Positions 30,377-39,847 of a DNA stretch of 64,000 bases are shown here, in pieces (the first letter of the stretch is position 1; every line of letters starts with the position of its first letter). Below the pieces are notes generated by a model that was given only the letters and a program-made list of their open reading frames with translations, was not told the origin of the DNA and searched no databases. Source of the DNA: Bacteroidaceae bacterium (GTDB taxonomy: Bacteria; Pseudomonadota; Gammaproteobacteria; Enterobacterales; Succinivibrionaceae); assembly GCA_963639245.1 (NCBI GenBank), contig CAVHVI010000001.1, positions 7,145 through 71,144 on the forward strand, given 5' to 3'. The position numbers and the translations under genes are program-made.

Positions 30377-31762
30377 TTAAACGCGACGCCAAGTAGTACC
30401 ATTAGGACCGTCTTCAAGCTCGATCTTCATAGCCTTTAGCTTATCACGAGCGGCATCAGCACGGGCCCAATCTTTAGCTTTTCGTGCGTCATTTCGCTCT
30501 TTTATTAATGCTTCGATTTCAGCAACATCATCAGATGAGCCATCAGAAACGCTAGCACCACTCTTTAAAAAGGCCTCAGGCTCTTGCTCTAAGATACCTA
30601 ATACAGAGGCAAGCTCCTTTAAACGGCCGGCTAACTTCTGAGCCTTTTCACCACTTTCCTTATTTACCTGCTTGGCCAAATCAAAGAGCACAGCAATGGC
30701 ACCTGGGGTATTGAAATCATCATCCATATACTCCTTAAACTTTAAGGTGTACTCATCATCTGCAATATCAGGCTTAATAGCATCAACTCCTTTCAGAGAA
30801 GTATAGAGACGAGTTAAAGCAGCACGGGCCTTATCAAGATTTTCCTGAGAGTAATTTAAGGCACTGCGATACTGACCTGACATAAGGAAGAAGCGTACAG
30901 TTTCAGCATCATATTCCTTTAAGACATCACGGATGGTAAAGAAGTTGTGCAAAGATTTAGACATCTTCTGCTCATTGATCATCACCATGCCTGAATGCAT
31001 CCAGTAATTTACATAGGAAGTATCAAAGGCACAGCAGGACTGAGCAATTTCATTTTCATGATGAGGGAAGAGCAGATCAGAGCCGCCGCCATGGATATCA
31101 AAGGTGGTACCGAGGAAACGACTGTTCATAGCCGAGCATTCAATATGCCAACCAGGACGGCCCTCGCCCCAAGGTGATTGCCAAGCAGGCTCACCAGGCT
31201 TACTCATCTTCCAGAGTACAAAATCCAAAGGGCTGTGCTTGCCTTGAGCAATTTCAACTCGGGCACCAGCCTGCAGCTCATCAAGCTTTTGGCCAGAGAG
31301 ACGACCATACTCAGGGAAGGTCTCAATCTTGAAGCAGACATCGCCGTTCTCTGAAATATAAGCATGGCCTGCATCAATTAGGCGCTGTACGATATCAATA
31401 ATGGCATCGATATTTTCAGTAGCCTTAGGCTCAATATCAGGACGCTTGATCCCCAAGGCATCAAAATCCTGATGCATTTCATCGATGAACTGCTCAGATA
31501 GCTCTTTAGTAGTCATGCCACGTTCATTGGCACGACGAATGATCTTGTCATCGATATCAGTGATATTGCGTACATAGGTGACATCATAGCCGCTATAACG
31601 CAAATATCTTACGATCACATCGAAGTTTACAAAGGTACGAGCATGACCAATATGACAGAGATCATAGACGGTTACACCGCACACATACATACCGATCTTG
31701 CCGGGGTTAATGGGAGTGAAGGTCTCTTTGGTCTTGGTAAGGGAGTTATGGATCCTAAGCAT
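30377..31762 (-). CDS. cysS: Cysteine--tRNA ligase
   Basis: [23 protein letters not shown]. Confidence 0.98.
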   Translation of the reverse strand: MLRIHNSLTKTKETFTPINPGKIGMYVCGVTVYDLCHIGHARTFVNFDVIVRYLRYSGYDVTYVRNITDIDDKIIRRANERGMTTKELSEQFIDEMHQDFDALGIKRPDIEPKATENIDAIIDIVQRLIDAGHAYISENGDVCFKIETFPEYGRLSGQKLDELQAGARVEIAQGKHSPLDFVLWKMSKPGEPAWQSPWGEGRPGWHIECSAMNSRFLGTTFDIHGGGSDLLFPHHENEIAQSCCAFDTSYVNYWMHSGMVMINEQKMSKSLHNFFTIRDVLKEYDAETVRFFLMSGQYRSALNYSQENLDKARAALTRLYTSLKGVDAIKPDIADDEYTLKFKEYMDDDFNTPGAIAVLFDLAKQVNKESGEKAQKLAGRLKELASVLGILEQEPEAFLKSGASVSDGSSDDVAEIEALIKERNDARKAKDWARADAARDKLKAMKIELEDGPNGTTWRRV

Positions 31763-31999
31763 TTGCCGTACCTAATAATTAAACAAAATAATGAAACCAA
31801 TAGTATAGCTTTAAACCTCAAAAGTTGAAAACGCTATCTTTCATTAGCCCCGCTAAAGCGCCCTTTTTCCTTTATATTTTCACCTCAAGTCCTGTTTTTA
31901 CCGCATTTACACGCTAACGTTTGGTAGAATGCGCAAAGACCTTTCAAGGACTTTTCCTTGAATACAAACTTTTTATTAAGAATTTCTAGGAATTTTTAG

Positions 32000-32494
32000 A
32001 TGATCCTTCTTAAAACCACTTTGGGCAACATCAAGATTGAGCTTGATCATGAGCATGCTCCCGTAACCTCCGCCAACTTTGAAAACTATGTCAAAAAGGG
32101 CTTCTACAACGGCACTATTTTCCACCGCGTTATCAAGGGTTTTATGATCCAAGGTGGCGGTATGACTGCTGATCTTACTCAGAAGCCTACTGATGATCCT
32201 ATTGTTAATGAAGCTGATAACGGCCTTAAGAACAACGTTGGTACTATTGCTATGGCTCGTACCATGGAGCCCCATTCTGCTACTGCACAGTTCTTTATCA
32301 ACACTGTAGACAACGGCTTCCTAAACTTCCGCTCTAAGGATGTTGACGGCTGGGGTTATGCTGTATTTGGTAAGGTTGTCGAGGGCATGGACGTAGTTAA
32401 GAAGATTGAAGGCGTCCGCACTGAAACTCGCTTCCCTCACAGCGATGTACCTCGTGAGACCATCGAAATCATCGAGGCCACCATCGAGGACTAA
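32000..32494 (+). CDS. ppiB: Cyclophilin-type peptidyl-prolyl isomerase B
   Basis: [24 protein letters not shown]. Divergent from cysS. Confidence 0.95.
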   Translation: MILLKTTLGNIKIELDHEHAPVTSANFENYVKKGFYNGTIFHRVIKGFMIQGGGMTADLTQKPTDDPIVNEADNGLKNNVGTIAMARTMEPHSATAQFFINTVDNGFLNFRSKDVDGWGYAVFGKVVEGMDVVKKIEGVRTETRFPHSDVPRETIEIIEATIED

Positions 32495-32499
32495 TCCCC

Positions 32500-33237
32500 T
32501 TGTCAAAGTGTCTTATCATCTCTGATCTGCACTTATCCTTAAAAAGGCCTGAGCTCATTCAGGCCTTTGAAAGCTTCATTTTTAAAATTGAAGCAGGCTC
32601 AGCTCTTATTATCGCCGGAGACTTCTTCGATTTCTTCGTGGGGGTTGATAAGGATGATCCCCTCCTAAAAAGACTACAGCACGACTTTGCAACTCTTAAG
32701 AAAAGAGGAGTAGAGGTATCCTTCCAATGTGGAAATCGCGACTATCTCGTAAATAAGAAGGCCGCTAGCTTCTTTGGCATGAAGCTTTTGCCTCATAGCT
32801 TTATTTTTAATACACCTGAAGGTCAGGCGCTATTAATCCACGGCGATATACTCTGTGCTGATGACAAAACCTTTATGCGTTTTCGCGCCCTATGCCTAAA
32901 TCCTATCGCCAGAGCAATTTTCTTTATGCTCCCTCTATCTCTTAGAAAAAGGATTGGGCAAAAGGTAAGAAGTGATAGTGCGCAACTTGAGGCCTCCCGC
33001 AAGGCTGATGACAGCATCTTTGATTTAAAAAATGGACCTGCTGGCAAATTACTGCAGGAGCATCACTGCGACCTCCTCATTCATGGACACTTCCATATTT
33101 TTGGACGTCATCAGGATGAAAATACCCCAAGCCTTCAGCGTTTGGCGCTTGGTGCATGGGGCAATAATTATAGCTTTGTAAAAATTGATGAAAATTCAAT
33201 AGAGCTTATTGAAAAGCCTTTACAAGATCTGCTCTAA
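32500..33237 (+). CDS. lpxH: UDP-2,3-diacylglucosamine diphosphatase
   Basis: SDLHL, GDFFD, GNRD, HGD, HGH.H. Follows ppiB. Confidence 0.9.
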   Translation: MSKCLIISDLHLSLKRPELIQAFESFIFKIEAGSALIIAGDFFDFFVGVDKDDPLLKRLQHDFATLKKRGVEVSFQCGNRDYLVNKKAASFFGMKLLPHSFIFNTPEGQALLIHGDILCADDKTFMRFRALCLNPIARAIFFMLPLSLRKRIGQKVRSDSAQLEASRKADDSIFDLKNGPAGKLLQEHHCDLLIHGHFHIFGRHQDENTPSLQRLALGAWGNNYSFVKIDENSIELIEKPLQDLL

Positions 33238-36047
33238 TGCGCATCTCCCCAGTTAGAGGCAGCCTCAATACCTACCTCAAGGGGCACTGAGAGCTTAAAC
33301 ACGCCCTCCATCATCTCCTTAATTTTGGCTTTTGCCTCATCGACAAAATCATCCCTAACCTCAAATAACAATTCATCATGCACCTGTACCGTCATGAGCA
33401 CAGTATCCTTAGCTAAGGTATCAATCCAATTTTGGATCTTAATCATCGCAAGCTTAATAATATCAGCAGCACTACCCTGCATAGGCGCATTGATCGCCGC
33501 GCGTTCCGCACCACGCTGTGCCATCTGATTTATTGAGGCGATATTGGGGATGGCAATTTCACGACCAGTAATAGTAGTTACATAGCCATGCTCACGGGCA
33601 AAGGCCTTAGTCTTTTCCATATACTCATGAATACGCGGATAGCGTGAGAAATAGATGTCAATATAATGCTTAGCCTCCTCCATACTCATGCCTGTTTGAC
33701 GCTTAAGACCAAAGGCACCCATGCCATACATCAAGCCAAAGTTAGTAGCCTTAGCGCGAGATCGCTCCTCAGGAGTTACCTCATCAATGCTCTTACCTAA
33801 AACCTCGGCAGCCGTGGCACGGTGAATATCGTGACCTGCATTAAAGGCACTGATAAGTCCCTCATCCTTGGCAATATGCGCAATAAGACGCAGCTCAATT
33901 TGAGAGTAGTCAGCAGAGATCAGCTTATAGCCAGGAGCTGCGATAAAGGCCTTACGAATAAGCTTGCCCTCGTGAGTACGTGCCGGAATATTCTGCAAAT
34001 TAGGATCAGAGGATGATAGACGGCCGGTAACAGTTCCTGCAGGATTAAAGGAGGTATAGATACGCGAATTGCTAGGATCAATTAAGGTCTGAAGTTTCTC
34101 GGTATAAGTTGAGATAAGCTTTGAGAGCTCACGGTATCTTAATACCAAATTCGCAATGTCATAATCCCCTGCTATGGCCTCTAAAATTTCCTCAGCAGTT
34201 GAATAGGAGGCACCTTCCTTATGTTTTTTAGGATAAGGGATAGCCAGCTTTTTAAAGAGGACCTCTCCTAGCTGCTTAGGTGAGGAGATATTAAATGTCT
34301 CCCCTGCAGAGGTATAGACATCCTGTTGCATCTGCGCCTTCTCAGCAGATAGGATCTTATTTTGCTCAGCGAGCACATTTTTATCTACACAAACGCCCAA
34401 ACGCTCCATCTTAAAGAGCACCTTAACTATGGGCATCTCCATTTCATCAAATGTTTTTTTAAGAGTAGTTACTGCATTAATCATGGGCGCGAAGGTGTTA
34501 TATAGATGAAGCGTAACCTCCGCATCCTCACCTGAGTACTCACAAGCCCTCTCGCAGGTAACCTCACTAAAGCTAATACGCTTACGGCCCTTACCGGTTA
34601 CATCATCATAGCTGATAGCTTTATAGTTTAAAAAGCGCAAGGCAAGCTCATCCATAGATAATCCCTGCGAGGAATCTAAAAGATGAGCCATTACCATAGT
34701 ATCAGCTACTACATTATCTAAATTGATGCTAAGTCCATGGCGGCTTAAAACCAGCATGTCGTATTTAATATTCTGGCCAATAAGCTTCACGTTTCCTGAG
34801 TTTAAAGCCTCATCAAGACGCTTTAGCACGAGATCCTCAGGCAACTGCGCAGGAACTCCTATATAGCTGTGACCTAATGGGATATACCAAGCAGTTTTCT
34901 CCTTAGAGCTTATGGAAATACCCACAAGCTTAGCCTCCTCCGTACGCAAAGAGGTAGTCTCAGTATCAAGTGCAATAAGCCCGGCTGCTAAGATTTCTTT
35001 TATCAGCTCCTCAAGATCAGCTTCCGTTAATACCAAACGGGCATTGGTGCCATAAGATTTAAAATCGACAGGTGCGGTATTAAATACCGGTGCCAATATT
35101 TGAGATCTAGGGGCTGCATCGGCAACTTCAGGCTTTACAACAGGATTATTTATAGCTTCTAGCAATGAATACTGCATGAGCTCATCATGGAGGCGCTTAA
35201 ATTCCAACTCTTCTGTAAGATCGAGCAAGGCCTTAACATCCATCACCGGAGGTTTTACATCCTCGATGGCAAGAGGCAGAGGTACATCAAGCTTAATTGA
35301 GGCTAAGGCATAGGAGAGTCTAATTGTCTCAATAGCAGCTTCATACTTTGCTTTGAAGGTCTTACATCCATGAAAATCTAAGGTAATAATCTTATCGCGG
35401 TTATTATAAATATCCTCAACGCCACCTAAGCCATTAACAAGAATTACTGCAGTTTTATCGCCACAGCCTTTCATACCCGGAATATTATCGGCTACATCAC
35501 CCTTTAAGGCTAAGTAATCAACTATATGCTCAGGTCCTACGCCAAATTTGGCTTTAACAGCAGCCACATCGAAGGACTTGTTATTCATGGTATCTAAAAG
35601 AGTTACCTTATCAGTTACCAATTGCGCCAAATCCTTATCACCGGTGCAAATAACTGTCTGCAGTCCCCTTTTATTAGCGATGACAGCATAGCTACCTAAG
35701 ACATCATCAGCCTCAACCCCAGCAACGCTAACTAAGGGTAAACCCAAGCCCTTGACCAATTTTTTTACAGACTCAAGCTGGATCTTAAGCTCATCAGGCA
35801 TAGGTTTGCGGGTGGCTTTATACTTAGGATAGAGATCGAAACGAAAGTTCTTACCCTTGTGATCGAAGACGATGATCATGGGAGTATTTTCATAGCTTGC
35901 GATAATACGACGTAGCATGTTCGTCATCAGCAAGGTGACACCTGTAGGGATCCCGCTTTTAGTTGTAAAACCGCCCTTAGCTGCATAGTAGGCACGATAG
36001 AGAAGGGATGAACCATCAATTAAGACGAGATCTGCTTTTGCGCTCAT
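33234..36047 (-). CDS. polA: DNA polymerase I
   Basis: 5' nuclease (EADD, DKD), 3'-5' exo (DTET, NIKYD), polymerase (DYSQIELR, NFG..YG, VHDEL). Confidence 0.98.
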   Translation of the reverse strand: MSAKADLVLIDGSSLLYRAYYAAKGGFTTKSGIPTGVTLLMTNMLRRIIASYENTPMIIVFDHKGKNFRFDLYPKYKATRKPMPDELKIQLESVKKLVKGLGLPLVSVAGVEADDVLGSYAVIANKRGLQTVICTGDKDLAQLVTDKVTLLDTMNNKSFDVAAVKAKFGVGPEHIVDYLALKGDVADNIPGMKGCGDKTAVILVNGLGGVEDIYNNRDKIITLDFHGCKTFKAKYEAAIETIRLSYALASIKLDVPLPLAIEDVKPPVMDVKALLDLTEELEFKRLHDELMQYSLLEAINNPVVKPEVADAAPRSQILAPVFNTAPVDFKSYGTNARLVLTEADLEELIKEILAAGLIALDTETTSLRTEEAKLVGISISSKEKTAWYIPLGHSYIGVPAQLPEDLVLKRLDEALNSGNVKLIGQNIKYDMLVLSRHGLSINLDNVVADTMVMAHLLDSSQGLSMDELALRFLNYKAISYDDVTGKGRKRISFSEVTCERACEYSGEDAEVTLHLYNTFAPMINAVTTLKKTFDEMEMPIVKVLFKMERLGVCVDKNVLAEQNKILSAEKAQMQQDVYTSAGETFNISSPKQLGEVLFKKLAIPYPKKHKEGASYSTAEEILEAIAGDYDIANLVLRYRELSKLISTYTEKLQTLIDPSNSRIYTSFNPAGTVTGRLSSSDPNLQNIPARTHEGKLIRKAFIAAPGYKLISADYSQIELRLIAHIAKDEGLISAFNAGHDIHRATAAEVLGKSIDEVTPEERSRAKATNFGLMYGMGAFGLKRQTGMSMEEAKHYIDIYFSRYPRIHEYMEKTKAFAREHGYVTTITGREIAIPNIASINQMAQRGAERAAINAPMQGSAADIIKLAMIKIQNWIDTLAKDTVLMTVQVHDELLFEVRDDFVDEAKAKIKEMMEGVFKLSVPLEVGIEAASNWGDAH

Positions 36048-36184
36048 GAGTAATTATCCAAAATCTAAATTCACTTTAAGATACGATTTTACGCTATCTT
36101 GCAATAAATCAGAGTAGAATGACGCCGTCTGCTCGTCAGATAGGTTCTTTTTTTACAATTTGTTAATTTCCTGAAACGAAAATC

Positions 36185-36838
36185 ATGATCGATATTTCTT
36201 TCCCTTTTAAAAAGCTTTGGTTTTTCCATATTTTCATCATAGTGTTAAGTAACTATGCTGTGCAGATCCCGTTCACCATCTTTGGCTTGAATACTACTGT
36301 CGGTACCTTTACTTATCCCTTCATCTTCCTTGCAACCGATCTCACCACGAGAATTTACGGACAGCATCGCGCCCGTCGCATTGTCTTCTATGCAATGCTC
36401 CCGGCCTTGATACTCTCCTATATCGTCGGTACCATCTTTGAGCAAGGTGATTATCAGGGACTATCTGCACTTAATACCTTCTCCATGTTTGTCTTCCGCA
36501 TTGCCTTGGCATCCTTCTCTGCCTATGTGCTCGGACAGCTTGCTGATATCCTGGTATTCCAACGCTTAAGAAGATTGCCTAAGTGGTGGCCAGCTCCGGT
36601 TGCCTCAAGCATTTTTGGTAACCTCTTAGATACCTATGTATTCTTTGCTGTAGCCTTTGTGGCCTGCCCGGTGCCCTTTATGGCTGAGCACTGGTTTGAG
36701 CTTGCGACCTTTGATTACGCGGTTAAGGTTGCGGCAAACCTTACTATCTTTGTACCTATCTATGGAGCCGTACTCAATTGGCTCTCAAAGCACATCTTCA
36801 AACGTCCCCTAACTGGTGACTTTGTCATCTCTAAATAA
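36185..36838 (+). CDS. yhhQ: Queuosine precursor (preQ0/preQ1) transporter, VUT family
   Basis: SNYAVQ, FLATDLT.RIYG, RIALAS, GQLAD, GNLLDT. Confidence 0.88.
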   Translation: MIDISFPFKKLWFFHIFIIVLSNYAVQIPFTIFGLNTTVGTFTYPFIFLATDLTTRIYGQHRARRIVFYAMLPALILSYIVGTIFEQGDYQGLSALNTFSMFVFRIALASFSAYVLGQLADILVFQRLRRLPKWWPAPVASSIFGNLLDTYVFFAVAFVACPVPFMAEHWFELATFDYAVKVAANLTIFVPIYGAVLNWLSKHIFKRPLTGDFVISK

Positions 36839-36942
36839 GAGCTCCAATAGCAGTAGTTAGGAATTTATATCATATAATGCGGCAGACTTAGGTCTGCCGT
36901 GTTAGTATCTGAACATTAAAAACAACTGGAGTTTAATTTTCT

Positions 36943-37263
36943 ATGAGTAAAGTTCTACACATCAGCGACGATGATTTTGAGCAGGAAGTCATCAAGTCAG
37001 AGATCCCTGTACTTGTTGATTTTTGGGCCACTTGGTGCGGTCCCTGCAAAATGATTGCCCCTAGCCTTGATGAGCTTTCCGAGGAAATGAGCAACGTTAA
37101 ATTCGTCAAGATCGATATCGATCAGAACAGCGGCTATGCAGGAAAGCTAGGCGTTATGTCAATTCCTACCTTGCTTGTTTACAAGAACGGTGAGGTGGTT
37201 GGCAAGCAGGTTGGTGCTATGCCCAAGGACGCTATCAAGAGCTTTATTGAAGGCTTTATTTAA
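36943..37263 (+). CDS. trxA: Thioredoxin
   Basis: DFWATWCGPCKMIAP, SIPTL. Confidence 0.96.
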   Translation: MSKVLHISDDDFEQEVIKSEIPVLVDFWATWCGPCKMIAPSLDELSEEMSNVKFVKIDIDQNSGYAGKLGVMSIPTLLVYKNGEVVGKQVGAMPKDAIKSFIEGFI

Positions 37264-37278
37264 CAGCGAATTGCTTTG

Positions 37279-37306
37279 AAAAAGCGGGGAATAGCCCCGC
37301 TTTTTT
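37279..37306. terminator. Bidirectional terminator between trxA and ddl
   Basis: AAAAAGCGGGG-AATAG-CCCCGCTTTTTT. Confidence 0.85.
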
Positions 37307-37331
37307 GTTTTTGGTTAAAGATTTGAGAGGA

Positions 37332-38327
37332 TTATTGCTTACGATTTCTAATTGCGCGTCTTACTGCCTGCGCTAGGAAATCAACCATGTTATCCCCATG
37401 ATGCTCAAGAAGCTTTGGGAACATGGAAATAGGAGTCTCACCTGGGAAGGTATTGATCTCATTAATAAGCACGCCATCTTCTTTTGAGTAGAAGAAATCG
37501 ATGCGGGAGAGATCGCGAAGCTTCAAGCCAATGAAGGCACGACGAGCCATTTCCTGAATCTCTGCAACTACCTTTTCATCAAGATCTTGTGGCTCAACAG
37601 TAGTAACAGTGCCACTATCCTTAGAGTATTTTTCTTCATAAGTATAGAACACGTTCTCAGGCATAATGATCTCGCCAGGTCTTGTGACTACTAGGCCTTC
37701 ATCGGTTTCATAGGTTGCACACTCAAGCTCACGATGAACGATGTTCTTCTCTAAAATTACCTCAGAGCTATAAGTAAAAGCTTCTGCTACCTTCTCTAAA
37801 AGCTCATTTTTAGCGGTTACATGATAGCAGCCAACAGATGAACCCTGAGATGCGGCTTTTACATAGACATCCTGATATTTATCAAAGAACTCTAAGGCCT
37901 TTTGCTGATACTCTTCATTATTAAGAGGAAGCATCACGAAAGGAGAGTTAGGAATACCCAAGGCATCTAAATATAGCTTAGTGGTGATCTTGTTAAAGCA
38001 ATTACGGGAGGCCTCAGATCCACAGCCAATGAAGGGAATGTTTAAGATATCAAGGAAGGACTGAATATCACCAGTCTCGCCAGGAATGCCATGAATGCAG
38101 GGCACTACACAATCTACATGGAATTTTTCATTGTTGTAGCAGAAATTGCCCTCAGCATCAAAAGAGCCACAAGTGCCCTGAAGCTGGAACTGATGATTAT
38201 GGATCTCAGCACGCAATACGTTGAAATCAGCAGTTTCCTTAAGCTTAGTCTCTAAAAAGTCAGCAGATACTAAGGATACGGAGTGCTCGGCACCGTCGCC
38301 ACCGCATAAAAGCAGAATATTAGTCAT
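37332..38327 (-). CDS. ddl: D-alanine--D-alanine ligase
   Basis: EHSVSLVSA, HG.PGE.G, GSSVG, FYTYEEKY, RIDFF, NEINTFPG. Confidence 0.93.
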   Translation of the reverse strand: MTNILLLCGGDGAEHSVSLVSADFLETKLKETADFNVLRAEIHNHQFQLQGTCGSFDAEGNFCYNNEKFHVDCVVPCIHGIPGETGDIQSFLDILNIPFIGCGSEASRNCFNKITTKLYLDALGIPNSPFVMLPLNNEEYQQKALEFFDKYQDVYVKAASQGSSVGCYHVTAKNELLEKVAEAFTYSSEVILEKNIVHRELECATYETDEGLVVTRPGEIIMPENVFYTYEEKYSKDSGTVTTVEPQDLDEKVVAEIQEMARRAFIGLKLRDLSRIDFFYSKEDGVLINEINTFPGETPISMFPKLLEHHGDNMVDFLAQAVRRAIRNRKQ

Positions 38328-38342
38328 GATAAAAAACTACTT

Positions 38343-38370
38343 AAAAAAAGCGGCCCCCTTGAGGACCGCC
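38343..38370 (-). terminator. Intrinsic terminator after rho
   Basis: GCGGTCCTC-AAG-GGGGCCGC followed by a T run on the minus strand. Confidence 0.7.
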
Positions 38371-38376
38371 ATTTAG

Positions 38377-39636
38377 TTAAACGCGCTTCATTGCCTCGAA
38401 GAACTCGGCGTTAGTCTTAGTCATCGAAAGCTTGTCGATTAAGAACTCCATAGCCTCGATCTCACCCATAGGATGTAAGAACTTACGCAGTACCCACATC
38501 TTAGAGAGCTCATCAGGAGTAGTAAGCAATTCCTCACGACGAGTACCAGAGCGGGTAACGTCAATTGCAGGATAGACACGCTTTTCAGAGATCTTGCGGC
38601 TTAACTGCAATTCCATATTACCAGTACCCTTGAACTCTTCGTAGATAACCTCATCCATCTTAGAACCGGTATCAACCAAGGCAGTAGCGATAATAGTAAG
38701 TGAGCCACCCTCTTCAACATTACGAGCAGCACCGAACAAACGCTTAGGACGCTGCAAGGCATTGGCATCAACACCACCGGTTAAGACCTTACCAGATGAA
38801 GGGATCACGGTATTATAGGCACGGGCAAGACGAGTGATGGAATCCATTAGGATCACGACATCACGCTTGTGCTCAACCAAACGCTTAGCCTTCTCGATGA
38901 CCATCTCTGCTACCTGAACGTGACGAGTTGCAGGCTCATCGAAGGTGGAGGCTACAACCTCACCCTTAACCATGCGCTTCATCTCGGTAACTTCTTCAGG
39001 ACGCTCATCGATTAAGAGCACGATCAAAATGCACTCAGGATATAAGGAGGTAATGGAGTGAGCCATGTTCTGGAGGAGCATGGTTTTACCAGCCTTAGGA
39101 GGAGCGACGATCAGACCACGGTTGCCCTTACCAATAGGAGCGACTAGATCGATAACACGAGCAGTTAAGTCTTCCTTGGAACCATTACCTAACTCAAGGC
39201 GCATTCTGGAGGTAGCAAATAGAGGGGTGAGGTTTTCAAAGAGGATCTTGTTGCGGGAGTTTTCAGGCTTGTCGAAATTGACGGAATCAACCTTTAAGAG
39301 AGCAAAGTAGCGTTCACCGTCTTTAGGAGGACGAATCTTGCCAGAGATAGAATCGCCGGTGCGTAAGTTGAAGCGGCGAACCTGGCTTGGAGAAACATAG
39401 ATATCATCCGGGCCTGCTAAATAGGAGCTGTCAGCGCTACGCAGGAAACCAAAACCATCAGGAAGGATCTCAATAACACCTTCACCATATATATCTTCAC
39501 CGGCTTTGGCACATGCCTTTAAGATCTGGAAGATAATCTCTTTTCTGCCCATACGAGCAGTGTTCTCGATGCCATTTTGCTCACACATGGCCACCAGTTC
39601 AGGGACTGGCATAATCTTGAGGTCGTTTAGATTCAT
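38377..39636 (-). CDS. rho: Transcription termination factor Rho
   Basis: [38 protein letters not shown]. Confidence 0.98.
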   Translation of the reverse strand: MNLNDLKIMPVPELVAMCEQNGIENTARMGRKEIIFQILKACAKAGEDIYGEGVIEILPDGFGFLRSADSSYLAGPDDIYVSPSQVRRFNLRTGDSISGKIRPPKDGERYFALLKVDSVNFDKPENSRNKILFENLTPLFATSRMRLELGNGSKEDLTARVIDLVAPIGKGNRGLIVAPPKAGKTMLLQNMAHSITSLYPECILIVLLIDERPEEVTEMKRMVKGEVVASTFDEPATRHVQVAEMVIEKAKRLVEHKRDVVILMDSITRLARAYNTVIPSSGKVLTGGVDANALQRPKRLFGAARNVEEGGSLTIIATALVDTGSKMDEVIYEEFKGTGNMELQLSRKISEKRVYPAIDVTRSGTRREELLTTPDELSKMWVLRKFLHPMGEIEAMEFLIDKLSMTKTNAEFFEAMKRV

Positions 39637-39802
39637 AAGTTGGTCAAAATACAACTATCAAAAGTCGCAGGCCGTACAACACCGTACCAGCCTAATATAA
39701 TCTTGGGAAATTTAGATTAATTCCGGGATTTATCTGAAAGCCGGACCGTGAAAAAAGCTCCGGCAGGAAGAGCCCCTGTGGGGATCGGGCGCTATGATAT
39801 CA
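39637..39802 (-). promoter_or_regulatory. rho promoter (extended -10) and long untranslated leader
   Basis: TG-A-TATCAT at 39802-39794 with a GC-rich discriminator, about 150 nt upstream of the ATG. Long rho leaders mediate autoregulation in enterics. Confidence 0.45.
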
Positions 39803-39847
39803 CAATCTTATGGCTCATTCATGGATTTTCTGCCCTTTTTGGCCTAA

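Noticed and set aside
36048..36184. preQ1 riboswitch upstream of yhhQ
   Set aside because: I could not identify the stem-loop plus A-rich tail by eye. An Infernal/Rfam search would settle it.
37332..38327. Van-type D-Ala-D-Lac ligase
   Set aside because: The omega loop keeps Tyr (FYTYEEKY) and there are no vanH/vanX neighbours.
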